Assembly (NCBI GenBank): GCA_050250195.1
Contig: JBFWPC010000011.1
Location: 8,164-72,163, forward strand
Reading direction: 5' to 3'
Origin: Cyclobacteriaceae bacterium
GTDB taxonomy: Bacteria > Bacteroidota > Bacteroidia > Cytophagales > Cyclobacteriaceae
Length of the DNA: 64,000 bases
Shown here: positions 15,762-25,800 of the stretch, piece after piece
Numbering within the stretch: the first letter of the stretch is position 1
Layout of the letters: every line of letters begins with the position of its first letter
Translations under genes and position numbers: made by a program
Notes under the pieces: generated by a model
Databases searched by the model: none
What the model was told of the DNA's origin: nothing
The model's input: only the letters and a program-made list of their open reading frames with translations

Positions 15762-18374
15762 CTAAACTGTAATTAACTCAAGCTGATCAAGCTGGCCTTG
15801 CAGGTGTCTCTTTACTTTCGCGCGAAGCGCTTGTATGTTGTCCCAGTAAAGTACTTTGTAGTTAAAGCCTCTGTTGATGTATCCTCCGGCCTGCCGGATG
15901 TATTCCAGGGCCAACAGGTCTTGTATGTAGCGGTGCAACTGGCTCTTGCTGATGTGTAGTGCCTGCCTGATCTCTCGCTGGTTAAACTCGTAGCTTTGGT
16001 AATGACTGTTGCCTTTCGTTTTGACATACTGCTTTAATCGTTCATAAAACTGCCGCAAGCTTCCGTCCAGTTCATCCACCTTCAGCACAATGCTTTCAAA
16101 CATGATCTCGGCTGCTATTTGAAGATCTTCTTTCTCGCTGATCAATCGACCTTGTGCATCGGTCTTTCGCTGGTATTGATGTAGTAAAGTGATTTGCTTC
16201 ACAAACGCCTGGTACAAGCCGTTCAGCCTTCTGATCTTGTGCGCTTCTTCCGGAAGATGAACTTTGTCAGCATAGGGATTGATCACCTGGCACGGCTTTA
16301 AAAGTCTGATGCAATGCTGTAAAAATTCCGTGATCTGCTGCTCTCTCTTTTCATCGATCTGGCCAGCGCTCTTTTTGTTTTGATACTGGATGATCTTAAT
16401 CGTCTGCTCGTGGCTTTCATCTACAGCAATCAAAAAACAACGGCTCATGTTGTCTTCGTATATCTCGCCTTTGGTAGTACAAGCCATCGATGCAATCGGG
16501 CCGTAAACGATTCGCTCGTAAGCATTCACGTTGCCGTGTTCGTCTTTGCTGGATGTGCTGCTAATGATCACACCTTTGCTTTGCAGCTCTCTAAAGGCAA
16601 GCTGCGCTTCTTCCTTCATCCCGTCCAGGTCTTCGATGCAGATCAATTGATGGCTCAGGTCATACATGCCGTAATTGTACAAGCTGCCTTCCGTCACTCT
16701 TGTAAATGCTTTCCTGCCTTCCTTCGGTATGAAGCTCGAGACCTTTGCCAGTAGATGTGTCTTTCCCGATCCGCTCGAGCCCTGGATAAGCGCGTGCAGT
16801 GTCTCCGGCATTTTATAGCTCGATGCAATGCCGAACAAAAAAATACGGTTCGTTTCTTCACCAACTACTCCGGCCTGGCCGATCAGGTCGTTGAGTCTCC
16901 TGATCAGGTTGGGCTTACTCAAAAACTCTTTGCATTTGCCTTCCAGGTGTAACGGTACTTGTATGCCTTGTGAGGTTGCGGGTTCTTTGTTCTGGCTTTG
17001 CTTTTCCCGGTGTGCTTCCAATAAGCTGGTAAGCTCTTCCAAATCGAGTTGTATCATATCGGCACGCAAGCCAAGCTTATCGCTTGCATCCCTGGCCAGC
17101 TTATCTACTTGCTTATCTTCGTACAGATCAATCTTGCTGCGGCTCTTTCTTCCGTTCTGTGGATGCTCGATATCAAGGCTTACGCGCAGGGATTCAAAGT
17201 TGCCGTGCAGCTCACCTTTGATGTGATAGTTTGCTGTGGCTGTTCTGTACAAAAAACGATGGGGGAAGATTTCAAGCTTGTAGCTGTTCGTTGGTGTAGC
17301 CGTGCTTTTACTTTCAACTCTCCCTGGGACTCCTTCCGGAGAAAAAATGACAACTCGCTTCTCGATCAGGTGTGTAAAGATTTCTTTCTCATGTGCCTGC
17401 GCCAGGCTGTTCACATCTTCACCTTCTGGTGTGTTCACCTGGCTAATCGTGATATCCTTTCTGATCTCCTGGAGCTTTGCTGTTACTTTCTTTGTCCCTT
17501 CTCTTCCGGCTTCATCACCGTCAAAAAATAAAATCACTTCTTCAAGGTGCTTCAGTTCCCTGATCGCTTGCTCATGTTCCTGGATAAATCCATTCGTTCC
17601 ATAGCAGGCCAATACGGTGTATTCGCTTGTGATCGTTGTTAGCTGATGCAAGGTGGCCGCATCAATGATCGCTTCTGTTAAGATCAGCTTCTTTGTCTCC
17701 GCTCCTGGATAAGCAGGATAAAGGCCCTGGTGTGGACCGGGTAAGTAGTAATGTTTGCCGGTCCCGGGATCCTCACTTACGCTGCGGCCATAGATCCCCA
17801 CCGTGTGGCCTTGAACATTTTGCAGGGCGAACACCAAACAGTTTTTGAAGCGATTGAGGTAACGCCCGTCCTGTGTTTTGCTGATCAATCCAATTGCTGC
17901 AGCGCTTTCCTTATACTGCTTGTTCCAGCCCTCCGGTACTTTCTCCCCAGTGAAGCCAAGCTTTAATGTCTGCCAGTCTAATCCTCTTCCAGTGGCGTAT
18001 ACTCTCGCACGTTCTCCGTTAGACATTCCTTTCCGGCATCCTTCCAGGTAACGGGCAAGAACGGCAACCCTGCTAAGTTCTTCCGGTTGATTTGCTTTCG
18101 TTTCAATAAAGCCAAGCAATGACTTGGCTTTCAGGATCGCTTCACGTTTCGTGCTCTTCTCCATTAACCGGATAAACTCGATCACATCTCCTGTGCCGGC
18201 TTTGCAATTGGATGAGAAGCAACAAAAGGTATTGGTCTGCGGATAGATTTGAAGGGAAGGCGTCTTGTCGTTATGGAAGGGACAGCAAAGCATGTTATTC
18301 TTGTCTGTGCTCAGGCTGTAGTGATCGAGCACCTGGCTGATGGTGAGCTGCTGTTTGATCTCAGCTATTTCCAT
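15762..18374 (-). CDS. DNA primase / P-loop NTPase replication protein, copy 2
   Basis: Translation identical to 7648-10260. Confidence 0.85.
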   Translation of the reverse strand: MEIAEIKQQLTISQVLDHYSLSTDKNNMLCCPFHNDKTPSLQIYPQTNTFCCFSSNCKAGTGDVIEFIRLMEKSTKREAILKAKSLLGFIETKANQPEELSRVAVLARYLEGCRKGMSNGERARVYATGRGLDWQTLKLGFTGEKVPEGWNKQYKESAAAIGLISKTQDGRYLNRFKNCLVFALQNVQGHTVGIYGRSVSEDPGTGKHYYLPGPHQGLYPAYPGAETKKLILTEAIIDAATLHQLTTITSEYTVLACYGTNGFIQEHEQAIRELKHLEEVILFFDGDEAGREGTKKVTAKLQEIRKDITISQVNTPEGEDVNSLAQAHEKEIFTHLIEKRVVIFSPEGVPGRVESKSTATPTNSYKLEIFPHRFLYRTATANYHIKGELHGNFESLRVSLDIEHPQNGRKSRSKIDLYEDKQVDKLARDASDKLGLRADMIQLDLEELTSLLEAHREKQSQNKEPATSQGIQVPLHLEGKCKEFLSKPNLIRRLNDLIGQAGVVGEETNRIFLFGIASSYKMPETLHALIQGSSGSGKTHLLAKVSSFIPKEGRKAFTRVTEGSLYNYGMYDLSHQLICIEDLDGMKEEAQLAFRELQSKGVIISSTSSKDEHGNVNAYERIVYGPIASMACTTKGEIYEDNMSRCFLIAVDESHEQTIKIIQYQNKKSAGQIDEKREQQITEFLQHCIRLLKPCQVINPYADKVHLPEEAHKIRRLNGLYQAFVKQITLLHQYQRKTDAQGRLISEKEDLQIAAEIMFESIVLKVDELDGSLRQFYERLKQYVKTKGNSHYQSYEFNQREIRQALHISKSQLHRYIQDLLALEYIRQAGGYINRGFNYKVLYWDNIQALRAKVKRHLQGQLDQLELITV

Positions 18375-18543
18375 TGGCTGTCGGTTTAATGGTGATCTCC
18401 TGGTCTTTCACTGTGATCTGAACTTGCTCTCCAATCTTGAAGCCGGATTGTTCCAACCATTGGCCAATCAATCGGACTTCGGGTACTGCTTTCTTGTCGT
18501 TGCTGCGGTAAGAGTGGTAAACTTTCAGCTTGCGGTCTGCCAT
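18361..18543 (-). CDS. SymE/AbrB-fold small protein, copy 2
   Basis: Translation identical to 10247-10429. Confidence 0.6.
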   Translation of the reverse strand: MADRKLKVYHSYRSNDKKAVPEVRLIGQWLEQSGFKIGEQVQITVKDQEITIKPTANGNS

Positions 18544-18684
18544 GAAAATTTTTTTCTGTTGTGTAACATCTGCAACAAAAGTAGAACTTGTTCGGATTTT
18601 TCAAAACGAATACCTTCTTTTTTTGTAGAACACATTAAACTAAATTCGCCAAAATCAGTTGTAAAACTTAATCTTTAGCAGAAC

Positions 18685-19020
18685 ATGGTCAACATTGGGG
18701 AGCGGATTACTGAGCTCAGGAAGCGGAAAAACTGGTCGCAAAGCGATTTGGCTGAAGCCATCGGGGCTTCCAGGGATATCATTGGCAAGTACGAACGTAA
18801 TGAGAACAGCCCTTCTGTGGAGATGGCGGTAAAAATTGCCAAGGCCTTTGATGTTCCGGTGGACTACCTACTTGGTGAAGGTAAGCACGCTTCGTACAGC
18901 AAAGAGACTGTGAAGCGCATTGAGGAAATTGAGTCCATGGATGACAAAACCAGGTCTGTCCTGTTTAATCTCATTGATACTTATATCCGCGATGCAAAGG
19001 CGCGTAAAGCTTATAGTTGA
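18685..19020 (+). CDS. XRE-family HTH regulator, copy 2
   Basis: Translation identical to 10571-10906. Confidence 0.9.
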   Translation: MVNIGERITELRKRKNWSQSDLAEAIGASRDIIGKYERNENSPSVEMAVKIAKAFDVPVDYLLGEGKHASYSKETVKRIEEIESMDDKTRSVLFNLIDTYIRDAKARKAYS

Positions 19021-19235
19021 TGAGCACTGCTTCTCTTGTTAACTCTGCCGGCCTGGTCATTGACATCATCGGTGCGCTGATGATCTTTCTAAATTCTCCC
19101 AAGCTGGAAGCCACTGCCTTTATCGGTGCCACTGCTGACGATCCTGTTGTCAACCGAAGAAACAAAATCGCTAAGTATGGAATGGGCGTGATTATGATCG
19201 GGTTTGCTTTCCAACTCGTCAGCAATTTCTTATAA
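19017..19235 (+). CDS. small two-TM membrane protein, copy 2
   Basis: Translation identical to 10903-11121. Confidence 0.55.
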   Translation: MMSTASLVNSAGLVIDIIGALMIFLNSPKLEATAFIGATADDPVVNRRNKIAKYGMGVIMIGFAFQLVSNFL

Positions 19236-19271
19236 AGAAAAAACCTAGCGATTAGGCTGGGCTTCTAAGTT

Positions 19272-19808
19272 TTAGTATGTGTATGTCTTTATGAGCTTAC
19301 CTTTTTTGCTATACTTCTTAACGGTACGTAATTTGCCGTCCGGATAATAAAATTTCAGCTTTCCAATCGGAATACCTTCTTTAAAAAATCCCTCAACCCT
19401 CTTATTACCATTTTCATAGTAATCAATTTGAGTACCCTCGCATTTCTGATCACAGCAACAATAACCAATGAAGTTAGGATGCGATGTTGGTTCAAGGCAT
19501 GAACTAACTCTTATAAGACGAAGTGTGTCACTAAAATTTTCAATTGATTTTACATCAAACTTTTTCCCAAGTTCAGTGCTATCAATTTTTCCAATCACAT
19601 AAGATAGAACATATGTACCAGTATCCTTCAATATGAGAACACCAGTGGTATCTTGGGTATTGAAAGCAATTCCATCCTTTTTTAGTCCAAAAAAATCAAT
19701 CCTCCTGACCTCCTTTGAGCAAGGATCATAGCCATAAAGGTTAAAATTTATTTGACCGAAAGCGGAAAAACAGATTATCAAAAAAGTCAAAGTCAAAATG
19801 CTTCTCAT
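19272..19808 (-). CDS. secreted MORN/YwqK-like immunity protein for CT1 (copy adjacent to the active Rhs)
   Basis: Translation identical to 11158-11694. A 4-nt overlap with the Rhs stop codon. Confidence 0.7.
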   Translation of the reverse strand: MRSILTLTFLIICFSAFGQINFNLYGYDPCSKEVRRIDFFGLKKDGIAFNTQDTTGVLILKDTGTYVLSYVIGKIDSTELGKKFDVKSIENFSDTLRLIRVSSCLEPTSHPNFIGYCCCDQKCEGTQIDYYENGNKRVEGFFKEGIPIGKLKFYYPDGKLRTVKKYSKKGKLIKTYTY

Positions 19809-22800
19809 CTATTTGGTTGGTAGTAGGTAGTTCCATTAAACCTAAATGCCTGTCTCGTTAACCCAGACAATCGAGTCAGCTCGTATTGATTCATTTGACT
19901 TAACGGCCTTCCTTGATAACTATAATTATTTACATCCACGGGGCCGGTAGGCAAACTTTTATATCTATCTGGCAAAGAGTTCACCCCGTTTGCGCCTGGC
20001 TCACTACTTCCAAAAAGTGCTTGTCGTTGATAGCCGGCCACTTCATCATGTTTATCAAGTAAAAAAGGAGCACCAAGTCTACCTTGTGAGCCTAGACTAA
20101 TTTGTCCGGTCTCAAACTGATAGCCGTGTTTCAGTTCGTGAGCAAAAAGCCCAAGTCCTGCATTAGATGAGATCGTGATGTCAACGGCACCTGTACCAAA
20201 ATTAAATGAGGTGGCAGCTACTGTATTTCCCATGCCCGATATTGGCCCGTTTTCATTTAACGAGGAACTTTCAACTACATTATACACTTGACTTGATGCC
20301 GCCATCGTTCCTATTTCCCCCCGCGTTTCTTCAAGTGCCTGGTTATTAGATTCAAGTCTACCAATTTGTCTATTGAGGCGATTAGTTTGTTTCTCTGAAA
20401 GTCCACCTGCTGCAAGTGCTTCTCGTTTCTCTCCAATCTTTTCATTGTTCCGTTCCTGTCTGCTGTTGATATCAGCGACCAATCGATTAACCCATGCCCA
20501 TGCTGCTTCTGTAAACTCCATCCCATTGGGGTCTATGTAGCGTATCGGATTGTTTGCCATCGCTACATAAGGAGACATACTGTAAAACTTCTCCGCAAGT
20601 GGATCAGGACTCCACCAACGACCGTCCGATGGATCGTACATCCTTGCACCAAAATCGTATGTATCCAAGTCAAGGCCATCTTGGATTTCTTTGCTTTGAT
20701 ACAAGTACTTGTTTTCAGCTGAGTTTTCGCGAGAGTACGAGTTAAATGTCAATCCAAATGGATAATACTCATCACTCTGCACCACCGGGCTTTGCGTGTG
20801 GGTAACGGCCAGATCATCGAAGTAAACTTCCACGGGCGTGTCGTTCTCGTTGGATAGGTAAATATACATATATCCAGGCTCGGTGATGGTGATCGGATCA
20901 AAGTACAGCCTGTCATGGGGGGCATCTTGTCCGTACTCTCTGCTGTTGCTGGTAACGCGCCTGTAGCCAAAATCAAGTACATCGGTCATCTTCTTGTTGA
21001 ACAAAATATAGTTCAAATAGGCCTTCGGTGCCGTGCCCCCTTCGCTGCTGTGGTCGATGGGAGTAAATGGGTACGTTTCGCTGCCGATACTGCCGGGTAC
21101 ACCACCGTCAATCACCGTGCCCGGAGGGGCTGTGCCGCCCGCTACGGCCGCCATGAAACTGGCGAGCGCACCCGTCCAATTCGATTGCTCGGGGTCGAGG
21201 TATTTGGCGTACACTTCCATGCTCACCTGGTCGCCCGGCATCACCTGCAACGATTTCGCCAAGCCATAAATCGAGTTAGTACCCTGGCCTGTCAGTCGTG
21301 TGGAGTACCAGGTACCTCCCTCGTTGGTGTGGTCGAACAAATCGTAGTTGACCTTCACCGCTTCCTCGTAGTACAGGAACTCCCCTTGCTCCTCTGCCGC
21401 ATGAGCTGTTTCCAGGGTGGCCACATCGGTGGTGACAGACTCGCGCGTGGTAAACGTCAATCGCGTGTTGCCCAGGTGGTCTTTCAAATGGTATTGGTAT
21501 TCGGCCTCATTGTTGAGCAACTGGATAACCTCAATATCATTGATATAAAACACCTCTCCTGCCGCTACGGTGTTCCACACCACGCCCACGTCCATCACGC
21601 TGGCACCGGCCGGAACAGTCACGTGCTGCTCCACCCAACTTTCGGAGGCGGCTGTGTTAGGCAGTGTCGCCCCCGGCCAGCCGTTGTCGGCTCCGTTGAT
21701 TTTAACCTGTATGTACACGGGGTTGGTACCTGTTCGGTAGCCCTTCACACGCACTTTGTAACGTTCACCGGGTTGTACGGCTATGTAGTTTCCTATTGGA
21801 AACACCCCTGCACGAGGCGTGGTCCCACTCGATGTTACCTGGACATAGTTCTGGTTGCCATTGAGCGTAGTAATGCCTGCGGTTGCATTCGTGGGCGTGA
21901 AATCATCGAGGGTGTTTGCCTGGTTGCCGTAAATGGGTTCGGTTGCGCTCAATACAATGCGGCCCTCTTCGTGGCTGATAAACTGAAGTTCGTCATTTTC
22001 GTACACCAGCTCACCCAAATAATCGGTTTGCTTTTGGGATAGGCTGTAAGTGGCCACCTGCGCGAGTTTGCGGCCAGTGGCATCGTAGATATAACGCACC
22101 GAGTTACCCGTGCCCCTAACTACCAATTCGGGCAGGTTGAGGAAATTGTAGGTGATGTTGCTGGTAATACCTTTGTTTTGATCTCGTACCATATTTCCAT
22201 TGGCATCGTAGGTGTAATCGTTGCCTGTGTTGGTGCCATCAATGAAGCCGGTCACCTTGTCGCCTGAGTCGGCCACTTTTAACAATTGGTTATTGGCATT
22301 GTAAGTGTAGACCAGGTTATCCATTAAACTTCCTGCGTCACCTCTTCGCAGCAGCGTCTTGATATTGCCATTCTGGTCATAGGTCAACCCATTTTCGGCA
22401 AACCGGCTGTCGGGGTTCGACCAACTGCCGTTGTGTCTGAAATAGTCGGCATTTTGCAGGCGGTTGAGGGGATCGTAGCTGTAACGGTAGGCCTGCTGTT
22501 TTTCGTTACCCAACCCGAGGTTCTTGCTCCACTTGATGGCACTGATGTTTCCGTTGTAAAGACTGGTGTTTCCCAACGCAGCATCGACCTCGTTATAGGC
22601 GATGTTCATGCCCCACAGGTCGTTGCTATCGTCATTGTTGACAGCTACTTGAAGTTGCGCGTTGTTCATGGAAGTGAGCCAGCCGCGAATATTATAACGA
22701 TAATCGACCGACTGTCTGAAGTTGGTGCCATCTGTGCTGTGCAGTTTTTTGTCGACCAACTGACCGAGCTCGTTGTATTCGTTGCGGGTGAGCAGAATCT

Positions 22801-25800
22801 CGGGGGCATCATTTAGACTATGATGCACATCAATCAGCCGTCCGGCATGGTCGTAGGTGAAACGCCTTGTGATGGAGCGGCTCGTCTCCGCAAATGACGC
22901 CACGAGCCCCACCATATTTGCGTTGTTGGTGGGGAATGAGGTATCGATTAGCAGCGCACCAGTAAATGGCGTGACGGAAGTGTATACGAGGTTGCTATTC
23001 CGGTAATACCGAATGGTGCTGCCGGTTCTATCGATCTTCAGCACGTCACCCGTTTTCAAAACGTTGGTCTGCGATAGTTTTTGCACACCATTCTCCCACA
23101 CTTGCAGGGTTGCATTGTTTACCCTGAATGCATAGTTGATGTTGGCGTTCCCCACATCAAGATTGTTGTCATTAAAACCGATGTAATACTGATGTGTAGA
23201 CGATGGGGCAATCAAAAAGAACTCCAGGTAGCCATCCACACCGGCCCCCAGCATTTGGGTAGATGCCGCACCGGCCGTGGCAGTGGAACTGCGAATCAGT
23301 CTGTTTCCGACCAACACCGTCCCCACCTGGTCTTTCCAGGTCACATCGCGGTCGGTATAAGTTGTTTTTGTTTTGAGCACCTTGCCTACAAAGTCATACA
23401 CGTTGGTGGTTCGGTCTTGGCCACCTTTGTAGTTATCGACAATGCTTTGCACCAGCCGATAGCGGTCGTCATAATAAGAGATGGCCTTCAGGTAGGTCGA
23501 TCCTCCGATTACACCTCCGTCCATTACCTTGGTTTTTGTACCTGTTACCTGTCCCTTCAAACGCGTGAACGGTTGCGTAACTTGCTCGCCAGTAAAATCA
23601 CTATCTACAAAGTTGTAGGCAGTGCTGTTGTAGTAGGTTGATTGGAAGTCGTAGTTATCGTAGTAAGTCACCGTGAGGTAGTAATTCGGATCAGCCACAG
23701 CTGCCCTGGTTCTGATGGGATAGGCAAGGTTGGAGTAGCCATGCATGTTGCCCAAAGCATTTCCCACAAAGGTTTCTGAAAAACGAGCCCAAGCCTTTTG
23801 GTAGTGCGAATCTACCACCCCCTGCATTTGCGATTGAGTGAGTCCCACCGTTGTATCCTTAATTCCTGTAACGATCGGTCTGTTGAGTTCATCGTACTTG
23901 GTAAACGTCCAGTACTTGGTGGAGGTGGCGCGTTGCACGCCATCCTGGGTTAGGACCAGTCGATCGCGTGAATCGTATACCATGTAAATCCATGCACCAC
24001 TGGGTACTTTCTTTTCAGACATGCGGTTGCGGTAATCATATTTGTACTGGAAAGCAAAGTTGTTGAGCTGGGTGGTGGTGGGGTTGGTGGTTCCGCTGGC
24101 GTGAAGCGTTTTGCTCAGTTCAGGCTGCAGCACATAGCGAAGCAAGCCACGTTCGTCATAGATGTAGTAGGTTTGTGTCCAGTGATCTTTGTTGGACAAT
24201 ACCGGGCTAGCCACATACTGCACCTTCTTCAAAACAACCTGTCCTTCTTTGTTTTTATATTCCCTGGTCTCATTACCAGCCTCATCCCTTATTGATGAAA
24301 TACTCAATTCGCCATTGGGGTAATAGCCGGCATTTAAGCTTGTGCGCCTCACCGGTAATCCGCTACCGTTCACGTCCCAAACAATCACTTGTTCCTGGCC
24401 TGAACCCGTTCCATGCTGATTGATGAGGTACTCAAACTTTGTGGATCTTGAGTTCGCGTGCCAGTCGGTACCTGCACCAAATTCCTCGACTGGTCGGTTC
24501 AAAGGCGATGCTTCAAAAAACGTCTCCGTGAACGGACGTGCGTCATCGGCAATCTTATCAGTGCCCCCGTTGTTGTAGAAATTATAGTGAATGGAACCGG
24601 AATAGTTTCCGCCACTGCCGGTGGGATTTAAGATCAAAATACCTGTAAAAGAGTCAGAGACATAGGGGGTGTATTTCTTGGCTTGTCGTCCGTATTGGTC
24701 GTAGGTCACATGCTGGACAATATCATTCTTTGACAGTGATCCCTGAGTGACCACAGACTGCCATGGCCGTCCCAGTCCATCCAAATACTGTACAGACTGT
24801 GAATTTAAGGCCACTGGTAAATTCTTAATGTCACCGGCATTGGTAACAGGTGTCTGCAAATTATTGCTCACCACATAATTGTAGTTTAGATTTTCAAATT
24901 GCTCTGTCAGCACAAAGGGAGTTGAAGTACCCGTTGCAGACCCCTGGGTAACTGTGACTGTGTAACTTCCAGGAGCATTTGTGGAGTAATACCTTCCAGA
25001 ACCCAGGCTAGGCCCACCATTTCGCCAATCATAAGATTGATAGCCAGCTCCTGCATCAAGCACCACATCTTTTGCCAGCGCAATTGCGTTCCCTGTACCC
25101 ACGACCATTACATCCGGGTAAACGACCAGGTTGGCCCAAGTTGGGGTGCTGTAGCATCCATTTTCGATTTTCTTGGCATATGCATAATTGGCGGTTGTCG
25201 TGCTAATGACCGGTGTGGTGTAAAGGGCGCTGGTTGACAGCAAAGCATTTGAAGGACTATACCACTCATAAGAGCTTCCGCCCGAAGCAAGCAAATTGAA
25301 AGTGCCGCTTCCGAATCTTTCATGTCCGGAAATGCTCGGGGCAGTGGGAATCGCTTTTACAGTAGCCACAATGGCGACTCTGGCGCTCTCACAAAGCGTG
25401 GAGGAATGATAGCTGCTTATGTAGTAGGTGGTAGAAGAACTAATTGTTGGCGTAACATAGGACAAGCCCGTTGCAAATGGTGCCCCGCCACTGGGCGTTG
25501 CGTACCATCTCACGGTATTGGCATTGGCGCCAAAACTTGCGGATAAAGAAACCGTTCCGGTGCCACAGGTACTTCCATTCACAGGTGTGGGTGTGCCGGG
25601 AATGGCGTGCACAGTTGCCGAAACCGCCACTCGTTGGCTCTCGCAAAGGGTTATGTCGTTATAACTGGAGATATAATAGTTAGTAGATGCACTAATTGAA
25701 GGTGTTGTATAGGAAAGACCCGTAGTTAACAACGTTCCGCCAGTTGGAGCACTGTACCATCTGACATTGTTTCCGTTGCTCCCAAAATTCGCTGAAAGAA

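Larger units (their letters stand above)
12654..20767 (-). mobile_element. copy 2 of the 8,114-bp element; its CT1 cassette is fused in frame to the Rhs core
   Basis: Offset of +8114 from copy 1 with identical ORF translations throughout. Divergence from chromosomal Rhs sequence begins at 20768. Confidence 0.8.

Noticed and set aside
20915-22042. 375-aa plus-strand ORF, along with other plus-strand ORFs at 22433-22816 and 23081-23641, inside the Rhs gene
   Set aside because: They are antisense to a strongly supported 2477-aa YD-repeat ORF. The translations are low-complexity and Arg/Val/Gly-rich with no motifs. This is typical shadow-ORF behaviour.
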